Shown: positions 49,191-59,876, counted from the first letter of the stretch. The stretch is 64,000 nucleotides of DNA from an uncultured Alphaproteobacteria bacterium (GCA_963850595.1 CAWKLS010000002.1:903711-967710), one strand, 5' to 3'. Notes: a model not told the origin generated them from the sequence alone. Program-made: numbers and translations.

Positions 49191-49622
49191 TTAGCCAGGA
49201 TCGCCAATCAGCTCGGCTGCAGCGATGCCTGCCAGGCCGGCGGCCTCGTCATTATCTGACGTATCGCCGGACAGCCCGACCGCACCCAGCAATGCCCCGG
49301 CAGCGTCGCGTATCAGGATGCCGCCCGCCACCGGGATCAGCGCGCCCCCCGCCACATGGCTGACGGCGGCGATGAAATATGGCTGGTCGGCGGCGCGCTT
49401 GGCGATCGCGCGCGACCCCATGCCCAGAGAAAGTGCGCCATGTGCCTTGCCGTGCGCGATCTCGGCGCGCTTCAGGCTGACGCCATCCTCGGCCGCCAGC
49501 GCTTTATAGACGCCGCGTGCATCGAGGACGGCCACGACCATCGGCTTCAACGCCCGGCGGCGGGCCTCGGCCAGGGCGGCGGTGACGATGCTTTGGGCTT
49601 CGATCAGAGTCAGGTCAGGCAT
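49191..49622 (-). CDS. GlcG/HbpS-like (DUF336) heme-binding family protein
   Basis: Contains LTLIEAQSIVTAALAEARRR...VVAVLDARG, GGILIRD and GAVGLSGDTSDNDEAAG. Confidence 0.85.
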   Translation of the reverse strand: MPDLTLIEAQSIVTAALAEARRRALKPMVVAVLDARGVYKALAAEDGVSLKRAEIAHGKAHGALSLGMGSRAIAKRAADQPYFIAAVSHVAGGALIPVAGGILIRDAAGALLGAVGLSGDTSDNDEAAGLAGIAAAELIGDPG

Positions 49623-49678
49623 GGGATTTCCTTGGAACAGCGCGCCATGTCCCATCCTATGAGCCACACTGCAAGGCG

Positions 49679-50423
49679 TTACGGCAGCCCTAGCGCATCA
49701 CGAAGCTCACGCTGCGCGGCGGCGCTGTCGGCGATAAAGGCCGGGTCGTTGAACAGCACCGCCGCGACCGCCGTGCCGGCGTTCATGCCGCCCAGGATGT
49801 CCGACCGGAAATGCACCCCAGCGATCACCCGGCTCTCGGCATAGTCGGCCGCTCGGGCGAACAACGCCGCGCGCCGCTCCGGCAGCATGGCGGCCAGCAC
49901 GATGGCATTGAGCCGGCTGCGGGTCGCGTGCCCGGATGGAAAGCTGCCGCCGCGCGACGGCGGGGCGGCCGGATGCAGGGCAGCGTTGACCTGATAGGGC
50001 CGGGACCGGGCGTAGGCGCGCTTGACCGGGCTGGTCGTGACATCCTCGGTCTCGGCGATGCGGTCGAACAGCGCGCTGCAGAGCGGCGTCCGCCCGGGGG
50101 TGAATGCCGGACCCAAGGCCGCGCCGAACATGTCATACACGCTCTCCGCCACGTCGGCCCGGGCCTGGGCCGCACGTGCGTCAGTACGGGTTGCCTCAAA
50201 CGCCACGACCTCGGCCATCTCCGCGGCAGCCTGCGCCGAGTTCCCCAGCCGGCGGCGGCGGCAACAGACGCATGAGATCAACCTGGCCGGCGGTCAGATA
50301 CGGCTCCGACGCCCAGGCTGGAGCACCCAGCAGCGCCAGGGTGATCAGCAGCCCCAGAGTCTTCGGCAGCCCCGGAGTCTTCAGCAGCCCCGGAGTCTTC
50401 AGCAGTGGATGTCGTGCAGGCAT
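49679..50423 (-). pseudogene. Class A (PAP2) acid phosphatase, reading frame broken by one extra nucleotide near 50243-50262
   Basis: The signal peptide and conserved EPYL...LMRLLPPPPA lie in the frame of ORF 50196..50720 (start ATG 50423). The continuation NSAQAAAEMAEV...RPY...SFPSGHATRS...SRVIAGVHFRSD lies in the frame of ORF 49679..50281. The junction is GCT GGGG AAC. Confidence 0.8.
50348..50401 (-). repeat. Three tandem 18-bp in-frame repeats in the acid phosphatase signal-peptide region
   Basis: The plus strand reads cagccccagagtcttcgg / cagccccggagtcttcag / cagccccggagtcttcag. This encodes LLKTPG LLKTPG LPKTLG. Confidence 0.9.
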
Positions 50424-50437
50424 GTCTGGCTGCTTTC

Positions 50438-51358
50438 CTATGCCGGGCCAACCCGCGTCTGCCAATCGGCGAGCACGTCGGCGATGGTCTGCTCCCAGGC
50501 GATCGCTGGCGCCCAGCCCAAAAGCCGCTGGGCCAAGCCGGCGTCGCCGGCCGCGAGTGGAATATCCGTCGGGCGAAGACGGCCGGCATCGGTGACGATC
50601 TCCGCCTGCACGCCGGCCGCGGTCATCAGTGCCGCCAGTATGTCGCCGACCCGGCGCGGCTGGCCCGATGCGAGGTTCAGGATCGTGCCCGGCGTCAGCG
50701 TGTCCGATCGGGCCAGGCACGCCGCATAGGCCGCGCAGACGTCGCGCACGTCCAGGAAGTCGCGCATGGAGTCGAGCGCGCCCACCCGCAGCACCGGCGG
50801 CTGCAGCCCGGCGGCGACGCGCGCGACCTGCTCGGCGAAGGCCGCGACGACGAACTCGGGCGCCTGGCCGGGCCCGGTGTGGTTGAATGGCCGGACGCGG
50901 ATGACGCGCAGGCCCTCAGCCGCCATGGCGCCCAGCGCCAGATCGGCCGCCGCCTTGGTCGCGGCATAGGTGTTGAGCGGCGCTGGCAACGCATCCTCGT
51001 TCAACGGCACGCCCGCGCGGAACGACGCGCCATAGATGTCGGCGCTGGACACGAACAGCAGCACGCAGCCCGGCGCCCGGTGCAGGACCGCGCGCGCGAT
51101 GTTCAGGGTGCCCTTGAGGTTCACCTGCCAGGCATGGCCGGGATCGAGCCGAGCCGCTGGGATCGCAGCGACGGCCGCGAGGTGGACGACGGCATCTGGC
51201 CGCGCGGCGTCAATGGCCGCATCGACGGTGGCCGCGTCGGTGATCTCGAACGGCGCGACATGCAGCGCAGCGTCCGGGAACGCCGTCCTCAGCGCCGGCA
51301 GCAGATGCCGCCCGACAAAACCGCCGGCCCCGGTCACCAGGATGCGGCGGGGCGGCAT
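50438..51358 (-). CDS. NAD-dependent epimerase/dehydratase, probably GDP-4-dehydro-6-deoxy-D-mannose reductase (Rmd-like)
   Basis: Begins MPPRRILVTGAGGFVGRHL and contains a YAATKAA catalytic motif. It lies immediately downstream of gmd. The Rmd-versus-Fcl assignment is inference from the N-terminus and length. Confidence 0.7.
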   Translation of the reverse strand: MPPRRILVTGAGGFVGRHLLPALRTAFPDAALHVAPFEITDAATVDAAIDAARPDAVVHLAAVAAIPAARLDPGHAWQVNLKGTLNIARAVLHRAPGCVLLFVSSADIYGASFRAGVPLNEDALPAPLNTYAATKAAADLALGAMAAEGLRVIRVRPFNHTGPGQAPEFVVAAFAEQVARVAAGLQPPVLRVGALDSMRDFLDVRDVCAAYAACLARSDTLTPGTILNLASGQPRRVGDILAALMTAAGVQAEIVTDAGRLRPTDIPLAAGDAGLAQRLLGWAPAIAWEQTIADVLADWQTRVGPA

Positions 51359-51361
51359 CGC

Positions 51362-52360
<999 letters not shown>

Positions 52361-53803
52361 TTAAGCGCGCCCATAGGTGTCCTCCATGCGCACGATGTCG
52401 TCCTCGCCGAGGTAGCTGCCCGACTGCACCTCGATCAAGGTCAGCGGGATGCGGCCCGGGTTGGCCAGGCGGTGCGTGCAGCCGAGCGGCAGATAGATGC
52501 TCTCATTTTCCCGCACCATCAGCTCGTCCGCGTCGCGGGTGACCATCGCGGTGCCGCTCACCACCACCCAGTGCTCCGCCCGATGGAAATGCTTTTGCAG
52601 CGAGAGCTTTTGGCCCGGCGCGACCACGATCCGCTTCACCTGGAAGCGGTCGCTGTGGATCAGGCTCTCGTAGAAGCCCCAGGGGCGATACGAGCGGTTA
52701 TGCGCGACCGCCTCGTGCCGCCCGGCCTTGCGCAGGCGGTCCACCACGGTCTTGACGTCCTGCGCGCGGTCGCGGTGCATCGCCAGCACCGCGTCTCCGG
52801 TGACCACCACGACGACATCCTGCAACCCGACGACGGCGGTCAGCACGCCGTCGCTGCGGACGTAGCAGTTGTCCGAACCCTCCAGCAGCACGTCGCCCAC
52901 GGTCGCGTTCCCAGCGGTGTCCTTCGCCGATTGCTCCCACAGCGCGTCCCAGCTGCCGACGTCGGACCAGCCGAGGTCGGCCGGCACCACGGCCGCCACC
53001 GTCGTTTGCTCGGCCACCGCGTAGTCGAGGCTGATGTTCGGGCAGGCTGCGAAGGCGGCGGGGTCCAGACGGGTAAAGTCGAGGTCGTGAACCCGGCCCG
53101 CGACCGCCTGCCGCACCGCCGCCAGCACGTCCGGTGCGTAGCGCTCCATCTCGGCCAGCAGAGTGGCAGCGGTGAAGACGAACATGCCGGAGTTCCACAA
53201 GTATCCGCCCGCGTCCACCAGCCGCGCCGCCGTCGCCGCGTCGGGCTTTTCCACAAATCGCGCGAGGTCGTGCACGCCGGGCGCATCGACGAGTTCCGGC
53301 CCGACCTCGATGTAACCGTAGGCGGTCTCGGCGCGGTGCGGCTGCATGCCGAACATCACGATACGTCCGGCGCGGGCTGCGACCGTCGCGCAGCTCAGCG
53401 CCGCGTGCAGCGCTTCGGTGCGCTGGATCGCTGCGTCGGCCGCCATCATCCACAGGACCGCTTCGGGGTCGGCCTCGGACGCCAGCAGCGCCGCCGCGGT
53501 GATCGCGGGGGCACTGTTGCGGCCCACTGGCTCCAGCACGATCTCGGCGTCGGCGATGCCTGCGGTGCGCAGCTGCTCGGCGATCAGGAAGCGGTGCTCC
53601 TGGTTGCAGACGACGATCGGGCGCGCGAAGCCGGGTCCGACGCCGCGCAGTACGGTGTCCTGCAGCATGGTATGATCGGACACCAGCGGCCAGAGCTGCT
53701 TTGGGAAGCTTTCGCGCGACACTGGCCAAAGCCGGGTGCCGGTGCCGCCGGACAGGATGACGGGAACGATGCTGGCGCCCGATGCGGCGGGAGACGCGGT
53801 CAT
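52361..53803 (-). CDS. manC: Mannose-1-phosphate guanylyltransferase / mannose-6-phosphate isomerase (bifunctional, cupin C-terminus)
   Basis: Contains VPVILSGGTGTRLWPVSRESFPKQ, RPWGFYES, HRAEHWVVVSGTA and RLANPG. Confidence 0.93.
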   Translation of the reverse strand: MTASPAASGASIVPVILSGGTGTRLWPVSRESFPKQLWPLVSDHTMLQDTVLRGVGPGFARPIVVCNQEHRFLIAEQLRTAGIADAEIVLEPVGRNSAPAITAAALLASEADPEAVLWMMAADAAIQRTEALHAALSCATVAARAGRIVMFGMQPHRAETAYGYIEVGPELVDAPGVHDLARFVEKPDAATAARLVDAGGYLWNSGMFVFTAATLLAEMERYAPDVLAAVRQAVAGRVHDLDFTRLDPAAFAACPNISLDYAVAEQTTVAAVVPADLGWSDVGSWDALWEQSAKDTAGNATVGDVLLEGSDNCYVRSDGVLTAVVGLQDVVVVVTGDAVLAMHRDRAQDVKTVVDRLRKAGRHEAVAHNRSYRPWGFYESLIHSDRFQVKRIVVAPGQKLSLQKHFHRAEHWVVVSGTAMVTRDADELMVRENESIYLPLGCTHRLANPGRIPLTLIEVQSGSYLGEDDIVRMEDTYGRA

Positions 53804-53989
53804 GGATGCCTTGGGTGCGGGGGCGGGGTGTTCCGGCCATCCGTTACAGTCGCGTTGGCCTGGTGTCTAGTTGCCCTTGGACGCTTGGGTCCGCATGATG
53901 GCGTCTCAGAAGCGACGAGAGTCCAATGCGCCTACGACGCCGATGCTGCACGATGAACCGGGGTCGGCCCTGACGGCGCGGTCCTGCCC

Positions 53990-54970
53990 ATGAAAGTCTG
54001 CGTGTTCGGCGCCGGCGCGATCGGCACCCACGTCGCGGGGCGATTGGCGAAGGGGGGCGCTGAGGTCTCGGTCATTGCCCGAGGCGAGCAGCTTGCGGCG
54101 TTTCAGGCTTATGGTCTGCGTGTGCACGCTGCGGATGGGGAGATCACCGCTCGGGTGGCCGCCAGCAAAGAAGCCTCAGCACTCGGGCCGCAGGATGTGG
54201 TGGTCGTCACTGTAAAGGCGCCTTCGCTGCCGTCGGTTGCGGCCGGGATCGGTCCGCTGATCGGTCCGGATACCGCGGTAGCCTTTGTCATGAACGGGAT
54301 TCCCTGGTGGTACTTTTTCGGAGCCGGCGGCGTCCAGGACGGCCAGCATCTGCCCAAACTCGACCCCGGCAGCGCGCTGTGGCAGGCCGTAAACCCGGCC
54401 CGTGTGATCGGCGGGGTGGTCTACTCAGCCTGTACGGTCACGGCACCCGGCGTCGTGCATGTGGAAAACCAGCGCAGCCGGATCGTGTTGGGGGAGCCGG
54501 ATGGCCGGATGTCGGAGCGTGCCGAGGCGCTGGCCGTAGTGCTTCGCAGTGGAGGGCTGCTGACGGATGTGACCGACCGGATTCGCGACACGATCTGGTC
54601 CAAGCTACTGTTAAACCTTGGCTCCGGCCCGCTCGCGGTGCTGACCGGCTGTGCCCCGGACCGGATTTTTGCCGAGCCGGCGTGCCGCGACGCGGTTCGG
54701 CGTATTCTGGTGGAGGGCGCCGCGATCGCCGCCGCGCTTGGCTGCCCGGTTCAGCCGAACGCCGACGGCCAGCTCGCCAATGGCGCAAAATCGCGGCACA
54801 AGCCCAGCATTTTACAGGATCTGGAACTGGGCCGGCCCATGGAGATTGAGGCGCTGTATGGCGTCCCGCTGGATTTCGCACGCACTCATGGCGTGCCGAC
54901 GCCGACGCTGGATTTGTTGGTCGCAATGGTCCGGGCGCGGGCGCGGGAGTCTGGGCTGTATCCGGACTAG
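53990..54970 (+). CDS. 2-dehydropantoate 2-reductase family (ketopantoate reductase, PanE/ApbA)
   Basis: Begins MKVCVFGAGAIGTHVAGRLAKGG and contains VTVKA, WSKLLLN and SILQDLELGRPMEIEAL. Confidence 0.85.
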   Translation: MKVCVFGAGAIGTHVAGRLAKGGAEVSVIARGEQLAAFQAYGLRVHAADGEITARVAASKEASALGPQDVVVVTVKAPSLPSVAAGIGPLIGPDTAVAFVMNGIPWWYFFGAGGVQDGQHLPKLDPGSALWQAVNPARVIGGVVYSACTVTAPGVVHVENQRSRIVLGEPDGRMSERAEALAVVLRSGGLLTDVTDRIRDTIWSKLLLNLGSGPLAVLTGCAPDRIFAEPACRDAVRRILVEGAAIAAALGCPVQPNADGQLANGAKSRHKPSILQDLELGRPMEIEALYGVPLDFARTHGVPTPTLDLLVAMVRARARESGLYPD

Positions 54971-54994
54971 GACGGGTAAGCCTGGATCGTAGTA

Positions 54995-55013
54995 GCTCTG
55001 ACCCTGTCAGAGC
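54995..55013 (+). terminator. Perfect 8-bp hairpin just after the panE-family gene
   Basis: Reads gctctgac cct gtcagagc. No clear U-tract follows. Confidence 0.35.
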
Positions 55014-55181
55014 ACAGCCTGCAACTTGTTTGAACGATCAATTTCGCCGTCCTGACCGGCGACGCGAGCGGGTTTTTAGGTGAATTTAGCTCGCTACCTT
55101 CCTCCGAGGTTGCCAGCGTGGGCTTCCGGTATGTCTGGCCTCAGAAATGCGGCGAGCGAAGCTAGGATATAGAATAATCAA

Positions 55182-55787
55182 ATGCTGGTCATTGGGTCCT
55201 CAATCAAAAAACAGGGTTGCCTCACGCGCCTCATCGACGTGGTTAATCGAGAGGCGAACCTGCTTGAAGATCTTATAGGATTTAATCGAGGCCGGCTTGG
55301 ACGAGGTTTCGACGTTCTGGTGCTGAAAGAGCGGTTGGTAGCAGGAGATTTTACGTTCTTTGGCTACACGTACATGTCCGGAGGAAGAACCGGACTTCCC
55401 AGCGACCACGATGTTCTTGAAAACGCGCGACCGGCGGTGCACGCCAACCTAATTAATTCCCTTGGCGAGGCAAGCGTCCAAAAACTTCAGCGGAGTTTTG
55501 CCGCCTCAATGGCCCTAACGGGTCACGAGCGTTACGTAAAGATTGTCCCCTTTATCGACCATGACGCAAATGTGGGTGCGGCTCATCAATATCCGGCCTC
55601 TAAGCTTGGTATCAGGCAGCTCAACCTGACCAAGATGAAATCCTTCTTCGTCGCTGCAAAGGTATCAGGAGCGATATGGGAACAGGCAAATAAGACGATT
55701 ATCGACGTCGGGACGCGGCCCCGCTACGACCTGGCATACGCAGCAGACCCAAGAAAAAGAGTAATGGATTATCTCAGCACAGCCTAA
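55182..55787 (+). CDS. Orphan hypothetical protein in a low-G+C islet
   Basis: The 201-aa ORF reads MLVIGSSIKKQGCLTRLIDVVNREANLLEDLIGFNRGRLGRGFDVLVLKE...YVKIVPFIDHDANVGAAHQY. It has many A/T-ending codons, unlike the rest of the window, and is preceded by an AT-rich stretch. I recognise no family. Confidence 0.6.
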   Translation: MLVIGSSIKKQGCLTRLIDVVNREANLLEDLIGFNRGRLGRGFDVLVLKERLVAGDFTFFGYTYMSGGRTGLPSDHDVLENARPAVHANLINSLGEASVQKLQRSFAASMALTGHERYVKIVPFIDHDANVGAAHQYPASKLGIRQLNLTKMKSFFVAAKVSGAIWEQANKTIIDVGTRPRYDLAYAADPRKRVMDYLSTA

Positions 55788-55825
55788 ACGCAAACCTGCA
55801 CTAACAACATACCGTCGCCCATCTT

Positions 55826-56773
55826 TCAACAAATGGCATGAGGCGCGGTCTGGCCAAGCACCCAGCCCTCCCAATGCTGTATCCAGGAATCGTTCGGCGC
55901 CGCATCGGTGCGTCGTCCCGCCAGCACCTGCAGCACGCATAATACGCCGAGGACGCAGTCCATGCGGTCCTCGCCGGCGGCGTCCGCGCCGAAGCCCTCC
56001 GTCATCAGCCGGTCGAGCGCTGGGCTGGGAACGGTCGACAGCTTAGCCATTGCCTGGCGAATGGCCGGCACAAGTGCCAAGCGGTCGGTGTGACGACGTT
56101 TGCTGCCGCCCATGCAGAGGCCGAGCTGCCGCATCGCCTCGGCGGGGTAGGTCTCGGCGATCACCACCCGGCCCTCGGTCAGCAACGGCAATAATGTGCC
56201 GTTGAAGGGCCAGAGCGCCGGGGCGCGCGGCCCATCCAGAGCAGGCAGCAGCAGGTCGCGCCAGGCGGAGATCGCCGCCTTGCCGGTCTGGTTGGCGCCC
56301 AATGTCCAAAACAGCGGCGCGCCCGCCGGGCGATGCAGGGTGGCGACGTCGCAGGCGCGCGACAGGCCGGCCGCACTGTCCAGCCCGAGGGCCAACGCGT
56401 GCGAGAGCCGCGTCATGCCGCGTGTTCCGCGCATCGGGTAGAATGGCCGCGCCGGGCCGATCTCATCGAGCGTGCTGCAGACCGACAGGAACCCGGGCCG
56501 GTCCGCCAATCCGCGCAGGAACGCTGGGAAGTCCGGCGCCGGCTCACCGGCGAGATGGCGGGCCACAAACGCGCGCGGCAACCCGATCGGGAAATCGACG
56601 CCCAGGGCAACCGGTGCGCCCCGTGCCAAATTGGAAAGCCGAGCCAGCAACGTTGGCACGTTCCCGACCGGCTCCACCGCCAACGTCCAACCCGCAGCCT
56701 CCGGCAGCGCCAGGGCCAGCCATCGCTTGCCGGGATCGACGCTCCAGTCCGCGTGGGCGGCGATGACCCTCAG
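55826..56773 (-). CDS. DUF429-like protein (predicted RNase H-fold; family assignment from memory), 5' end unresolved
   Basis: The track ORF starts at TTG 56683, but the in-frame upstream translation RVIAAHADWSVDPGKRWLALALPEAAGWT looks like part of the protein. The only start-like codon there is CTG 56771-56773, which overlaps the upstream stop. Later motifs include LGVDFPIGLP and AETYPAEA. Confidence 0.55.
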   Translation of the reverse strand: MRVIAAHADWSVDPGKRWLALALPEAAGWTLAVEPVGNVPTLLARLSNLARGAPVALGVDFPIGLPRAFVARHLAGEPAPDFPAFLRGLADRPGFLSVCSTLDEIGPARPFYPMRGTRGMTRLSHALALGLDSAAGLSRACDVATLHRPAGAPLFWTLGANQTGKAAISAWRDLLLPALDGPRAPALWPFNGTLLPLLTEGRVVIAETYPAEAMRQLGLCMGGSKRRHTDRLALVPAIRQAMAKLSTVPSPALDRLMTEGFGADAAGEDRMDCVLGVLCVLQVLAGRRTDAAPNDSWIQHWEGWVLGQTAPHAIC

Positions 56774-56970
56774 AGCGGCTTGTGCGCGCGGTCCAGCAGG
56801 CGCGAGATCAGGCCGGGCTTCTTCTTCGGCGGCGGGGCAACCGGCTTGGCCTCGGCGGCGGCGCGCTTTTGTTTCTCGTTCAGCCAGCTTTCCAGCGACT
56901 TGCCCGCCTTCGCGGCTCGTTTCTGTTCATACGCGCGCTGCGCGGGGGTAAGGGTCTTCAGGTCGGCCAT
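56770..56970 (-). CDS. 66-aa Lys/Ala-rich small protein
   Basis: Reads MADLKTLTPAQRAYEQKRAAKAGKSLESWLNEKQKRAAAEAKPVAPPPKKKPGLISRLLDRAHKPL. A strong AAGGAG sits 6 nt upstream of ATG 56970. The longer track ORF (to 57318) is Cys/Arg/Trp-rich junk that overlaps the permease gene. Confidence 0.6.
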   Translation of the reverse strand: MADLKTLTPAQRAYEQKRAAKAGKSLESWLNEKQKRAAAEAKPVAPPPKKKPGLISRLLDRAHKPL

Positions 56971-57013
56971 TGCAGTCTCCTTACGCCAGTTGTGGCAGCG
57001 CCATGGCCCGCCT

Positions 57014-57766
57014 TCAAGATGCCTCGCCCCGGCGCCGCAGCAGCATGGCCGACAGCGCTCCCAGGCCCAGGTTGATGACGATCCCAGCCGCCGAGAGCAG
57101 CACCAGGGCCGCGAACATGCGCGGGATCTGCAGCCGGTAGCCGGCCTCCAGGATGCGGTAGGCGAGGCCCGACGCGAAGCCGCCCGACCCGGCCACGAAC
57201 TCCGCCACCACGGCGCCCACCAGCGCCAGCCCGCCGGACACACGTAACCCCGCGAGGAACAGCGGCAGCGCCGCCGGCAGCCGCAGCAGCCACAGAGTCT
57301 GCCATCGCCCGGCGCCATTAAGCCGGAACAGATCGACGAGCTCCGAAGGCGCCGCCGCCAGCCCGGCAGCCGTGTTGGAGAACACCGGGAAGAACGCGAC
57401 GATCGTGGCGCAGACCACCAGCGAGGTGAACGGGTCGCCGATCCAGATGATGATCAGCGGCGCGATGGCGACCACCGGTGTCACCTGCAGCACGACGGCC
57501 CAGGGAAGGATCGCGGCCCGGGCCCACACGCTGGCCGCCATCAGCCCGGCCATCACGACGCCGAGCACGCAGCTCGCAAGCAATGCCGCCGCGGTGACGA
57601 TCAAGGTGGACAGCAGCGATCCCAGCAGCAGCGCCGGGTCGGCCAGGAAGGCGCGCAGGATCGCTATGGGACCTGGCAGGATATAGGGCGGAATGCCGCT
57701 GACCTGGACCGCGATCTGCCAAAGCAGCAGCGCCAGCGCGCCGAACAGCAGCGGCGCGGCCCTCAT
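57014..57766 (-). CDS. ABC transporter permease (NitT/TauT family)
   Basis: The 250-aa, six-TM protein contains the EAA-like region [24 protein letters not shown]. Confidence 0.88.
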   Translation of the reverse strand: MRAAPLLFGALALLLWQIAVQVSGIPPYILPGPIAILRAFLADPALLLGSLLSTLIVTAAALLASCVLGVVMAGLMAASVWARAAILPWAVVLQVTPVVAIAPLIIIWIGDPFTSLVVCATIVAFFPVFSNTAAGLAAAPSELVDLFRLNGAGRWQTLWLLRLPAALPLFLAGLRVSGGLALVGAVVAEFVAGSGGFASGLAYRILEAGYRLQIPRMFAALVLLSAAGIVINLGLGALSAMLLRRRGEAS

Positions 57767-58494
57767 GCCGCGCGCGCCCGCTGCATGGCGTGGGTGATGT
57801 CGGCCACCAGCGCCGCGTAAGCTGGGTCGAGCCGGCGCTCCTCGGCGGGATCGAGGTCCGAGAGCACCTCGTGCACGATGCGGCCGGGACGGGGCGACAT
57901 CAGCACGATGCGGCGCGCCAGGAACGCGGCCTCGTAGATGGAGTGCGTCACGAACACGACGCTGCAGCCGGCCTCGGCCTGCAACGTGAGCAGGTCTTCC
58001 TGCAGGGCGTGGCGGGTGAACTCATCCAGCGCGGCGAATGGCTCGTCCATCAGCAGGAGCTGCGGCCCAGCCACGAGGCTGCGGGCGATGGACACCCGCA
58101 TGCGCATGCCGCCCGAAAGCTCGCGGGGACGTGCGCGCTCGAAGCCTGCCAGGCCGACGCGCGCCAGGGCGGCGGCGACGCGCGGGGCGGAAATGGACGC
58201 TGGCTCGCCGCGCAGCCGCAGCGGCAGGCGGACGTTGTCGGCGGCGCTGGCCCAGGGCAGCAGGGTGGCGTCCTGGAACACGAAGCCGACGCTGCCGGGC
58301 ACGCCGGCGTCCCAGCGGACCGTGCCGGCGTCCGGCGTATCGAGCCCGGCGATCAGCCGCAGCAGGGTCGATTTGCCGCAGCCGGAGGGGCCCAGCAGCG
58401 CCACGAAATCCCCGGCGCCGACGCGCAGCGACACGTCCGCCAGCGCCTGCGTCCCATTGGGGAAACGCCGGCTGGCGTGCTCGACTGTCAGCAC
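57763..58494 (-). CDS. ABC transporter ATP-binding protein (NitT/TauT family)
   Basis: Contains [27 protein letters not shown] and [11 protein letters not shown]. It has a 4-nt overlap with the permease gene. Confidence 0.93.
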   Translation of the reverse strand: MLTVEHASRRFPNGTQALADVSLRVGAGDFVALLGPSGCGKSTLLRLIAGLDTPDAGTVRWDAGVPGSVGFVFQDATLLPWASAADNVRLPLRLRGEPASISAPRVAAALARVGLAGFERARPRELSGGMRMRVSIARSLVAGPQLLLMDEPFAALDEFTRHALQEDLLTLQAEAGCSVVFVTHSIYEAAFLARRIVLMSPRPGRIVHEVLSDLDPAEERRLDPAYAALVADITHAMQRARAA

Positions 58495-58498
58495 GCGG

Positions 58499-59509
58499 CT
58501 ACTTCGGGCGCATGCCGAGGCCAGTGCCTTTATTCGCGAACTGCAGGGTATAGGCGCGCTTGTAGTCGAGCGTGCTGGGATAGAGGCCTTGCCCCGCCAT
58601 CGTCCGGAAGAACGACTCCCACCGCGCGTCGCTCATTGCGCCGATGCCGAGGGTCTGGGTATCGCCGGAATCGACGATGCCGCGCTCCCGCAGCACGGTG
58701 CGGCCATAGTCGAGCAGCGCGTCCGTCATCTCTGGATTGTCGCGCTTCATCAGCGCGTTCGCGGCGGCCGGGTCGCCATAGAGGTAGGAATACCAGCCCT
58801 CGATCGAGGCATCGAGGAAGCGCTGCGCCAGGTCCGGCTTCTCGGCCAGCAGTTTCGTGCTGGCGGTGATCAGGCTGCCATAGCCATTGAACCCGGCGTC
58901 GGCCAGCAGCAGGACCACGGGGTCGAAGCCGGCCTCCTGATGGATGGCGAACGGCTCCGAGCCGAGGTAGCCCTGCTGCACCGCCTGCTTGTCCGCCAGG
59001 AACGGCGCGAGGCTGAATGTGTAAGGCCGGATCTGCGAGTCGGTGTAGCCGAAGCGCGCCCGGAGGAAGTTCCACCAGCCGGTCCGCGTGTCGGCGCCGA
59101 TCATGATGGGTTTGTTGCGCAGTGCCTCGAAGCTGTCATTGCCCGCGCCGGGATGCGCCAGCAGGACGGCGGGGTCGCGCTGAAACATGGCGGCGATGGC
59201 GGTGAAGGGCAGGGCCTCCTGCGCCAGGTTCAATGCAAGATAGCTGTTGGAAGCGATATTGAAGTCGAGCCGCCCGGCCAGCAGCAGTTGCGTCTGGTTC
59301 ACCTGCGGCCCGCCCTGGCGTATCGCGACGTCGAGCCCGTGCTTGGCATACAGCCCCGTGGCGACGGCCTGGTAGAAGCCGCCGTATTCCGCCTCGGCTT
59401 TCCAGTCGAGGCCAAAGGCCACGTGATCAGGCGGACGGTCCTGCGCGACCGCGTGCTGGCCGGTAAAGGCTGCGAGCGACAGTAGGATCAGGCAGGATGC
59501 GCGCCACAT
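58499..59509 (-). CDS. ABC transporter substrate-binding protein (NMT1/THI5-like)
   Basis: The signal peptide is [23 protein letters not shown], followed by [36 protein letters not shown] sits before ATG 59509. Confidence 0.85.
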   Translation of the reverse strand: MWRASCLILLSLAAFTGQHAVAQDRPPDHVAFGLDWKAEAEYGGFYQAVATGLYAKHGLDVAIRQGGPQVNQTQLLLAGRLDFNIASNSYLALNLAQEALPFTAIAAMFQRDPAVLLAHPGAGNDSFEALRNKPIMIGADTRTGWWNFLRARFGYTDSQIRPYTFSLAPFLADKQAVQQGYLGSEPFAIHQEAGFDPVVLLLADAGFNGYGSLITASTKLLAEKPDLAQRFLDASIEGWYSYLYGDPAAANALMKRDNPEMTDALLDYGRTVLRERGIVDSGDTQTLGIGAMSDARWESFFRTMAGQGLYPSTLDYKRAYTLQFANKGTGLGMRPK

Positions 59510-59540
59510 GGGACCTCCGATTGGTTTGTGGGAGTATGAT

Positions 59541-59876
59541 ATGGCGGAACCGCGGGTAAAGGCGAAGCTATGGGTGCAAATGGCGCTCCGCATGGGCGAT
59601 GTGGACGGCCGGCCCGGCGCCGTGCTGCGCAGCGGGGACCCTGACGCCGGCGGCATCCTTGTGGTGCTGCGCGGGCGGGAGGGGCTGTGCGTGCTGTCCC
59701 AGGTGCGGATCGGCGAGGGCGACGTGTCGTGGATGCGGGCCACTGGAGCGGCGGCGGTCGCCCAAGACCAAGCCGACGCATACGTGGCCCGGCAGGTCGG
59801 CCGTGACCCGGATCTGTGGGTGCTGGAGTTCGAGGCGCCGGATCTGCTGCCGCCGTTTGAGGCGCGCATTGTATAA
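59541..59876 (+). CDS. DUF1491 family protein
   Basis: Reads MAEPRVKAKLWVQMALRMGDVDGRPGAVLRSGDPDAGGILVVL...DLWVLEFEAPDLLPPF. Confidence 0.78.
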   Translation: MAEPRVKAKLWVQMALRMGDVDGRPGAVLRSGDPDAGGILVVLRGREGLCVLSQVRIGEGDVSWMRATGAAAVAQDQADAYVARQVGRDPDLWVLEFEAPDLLPPFEARIV

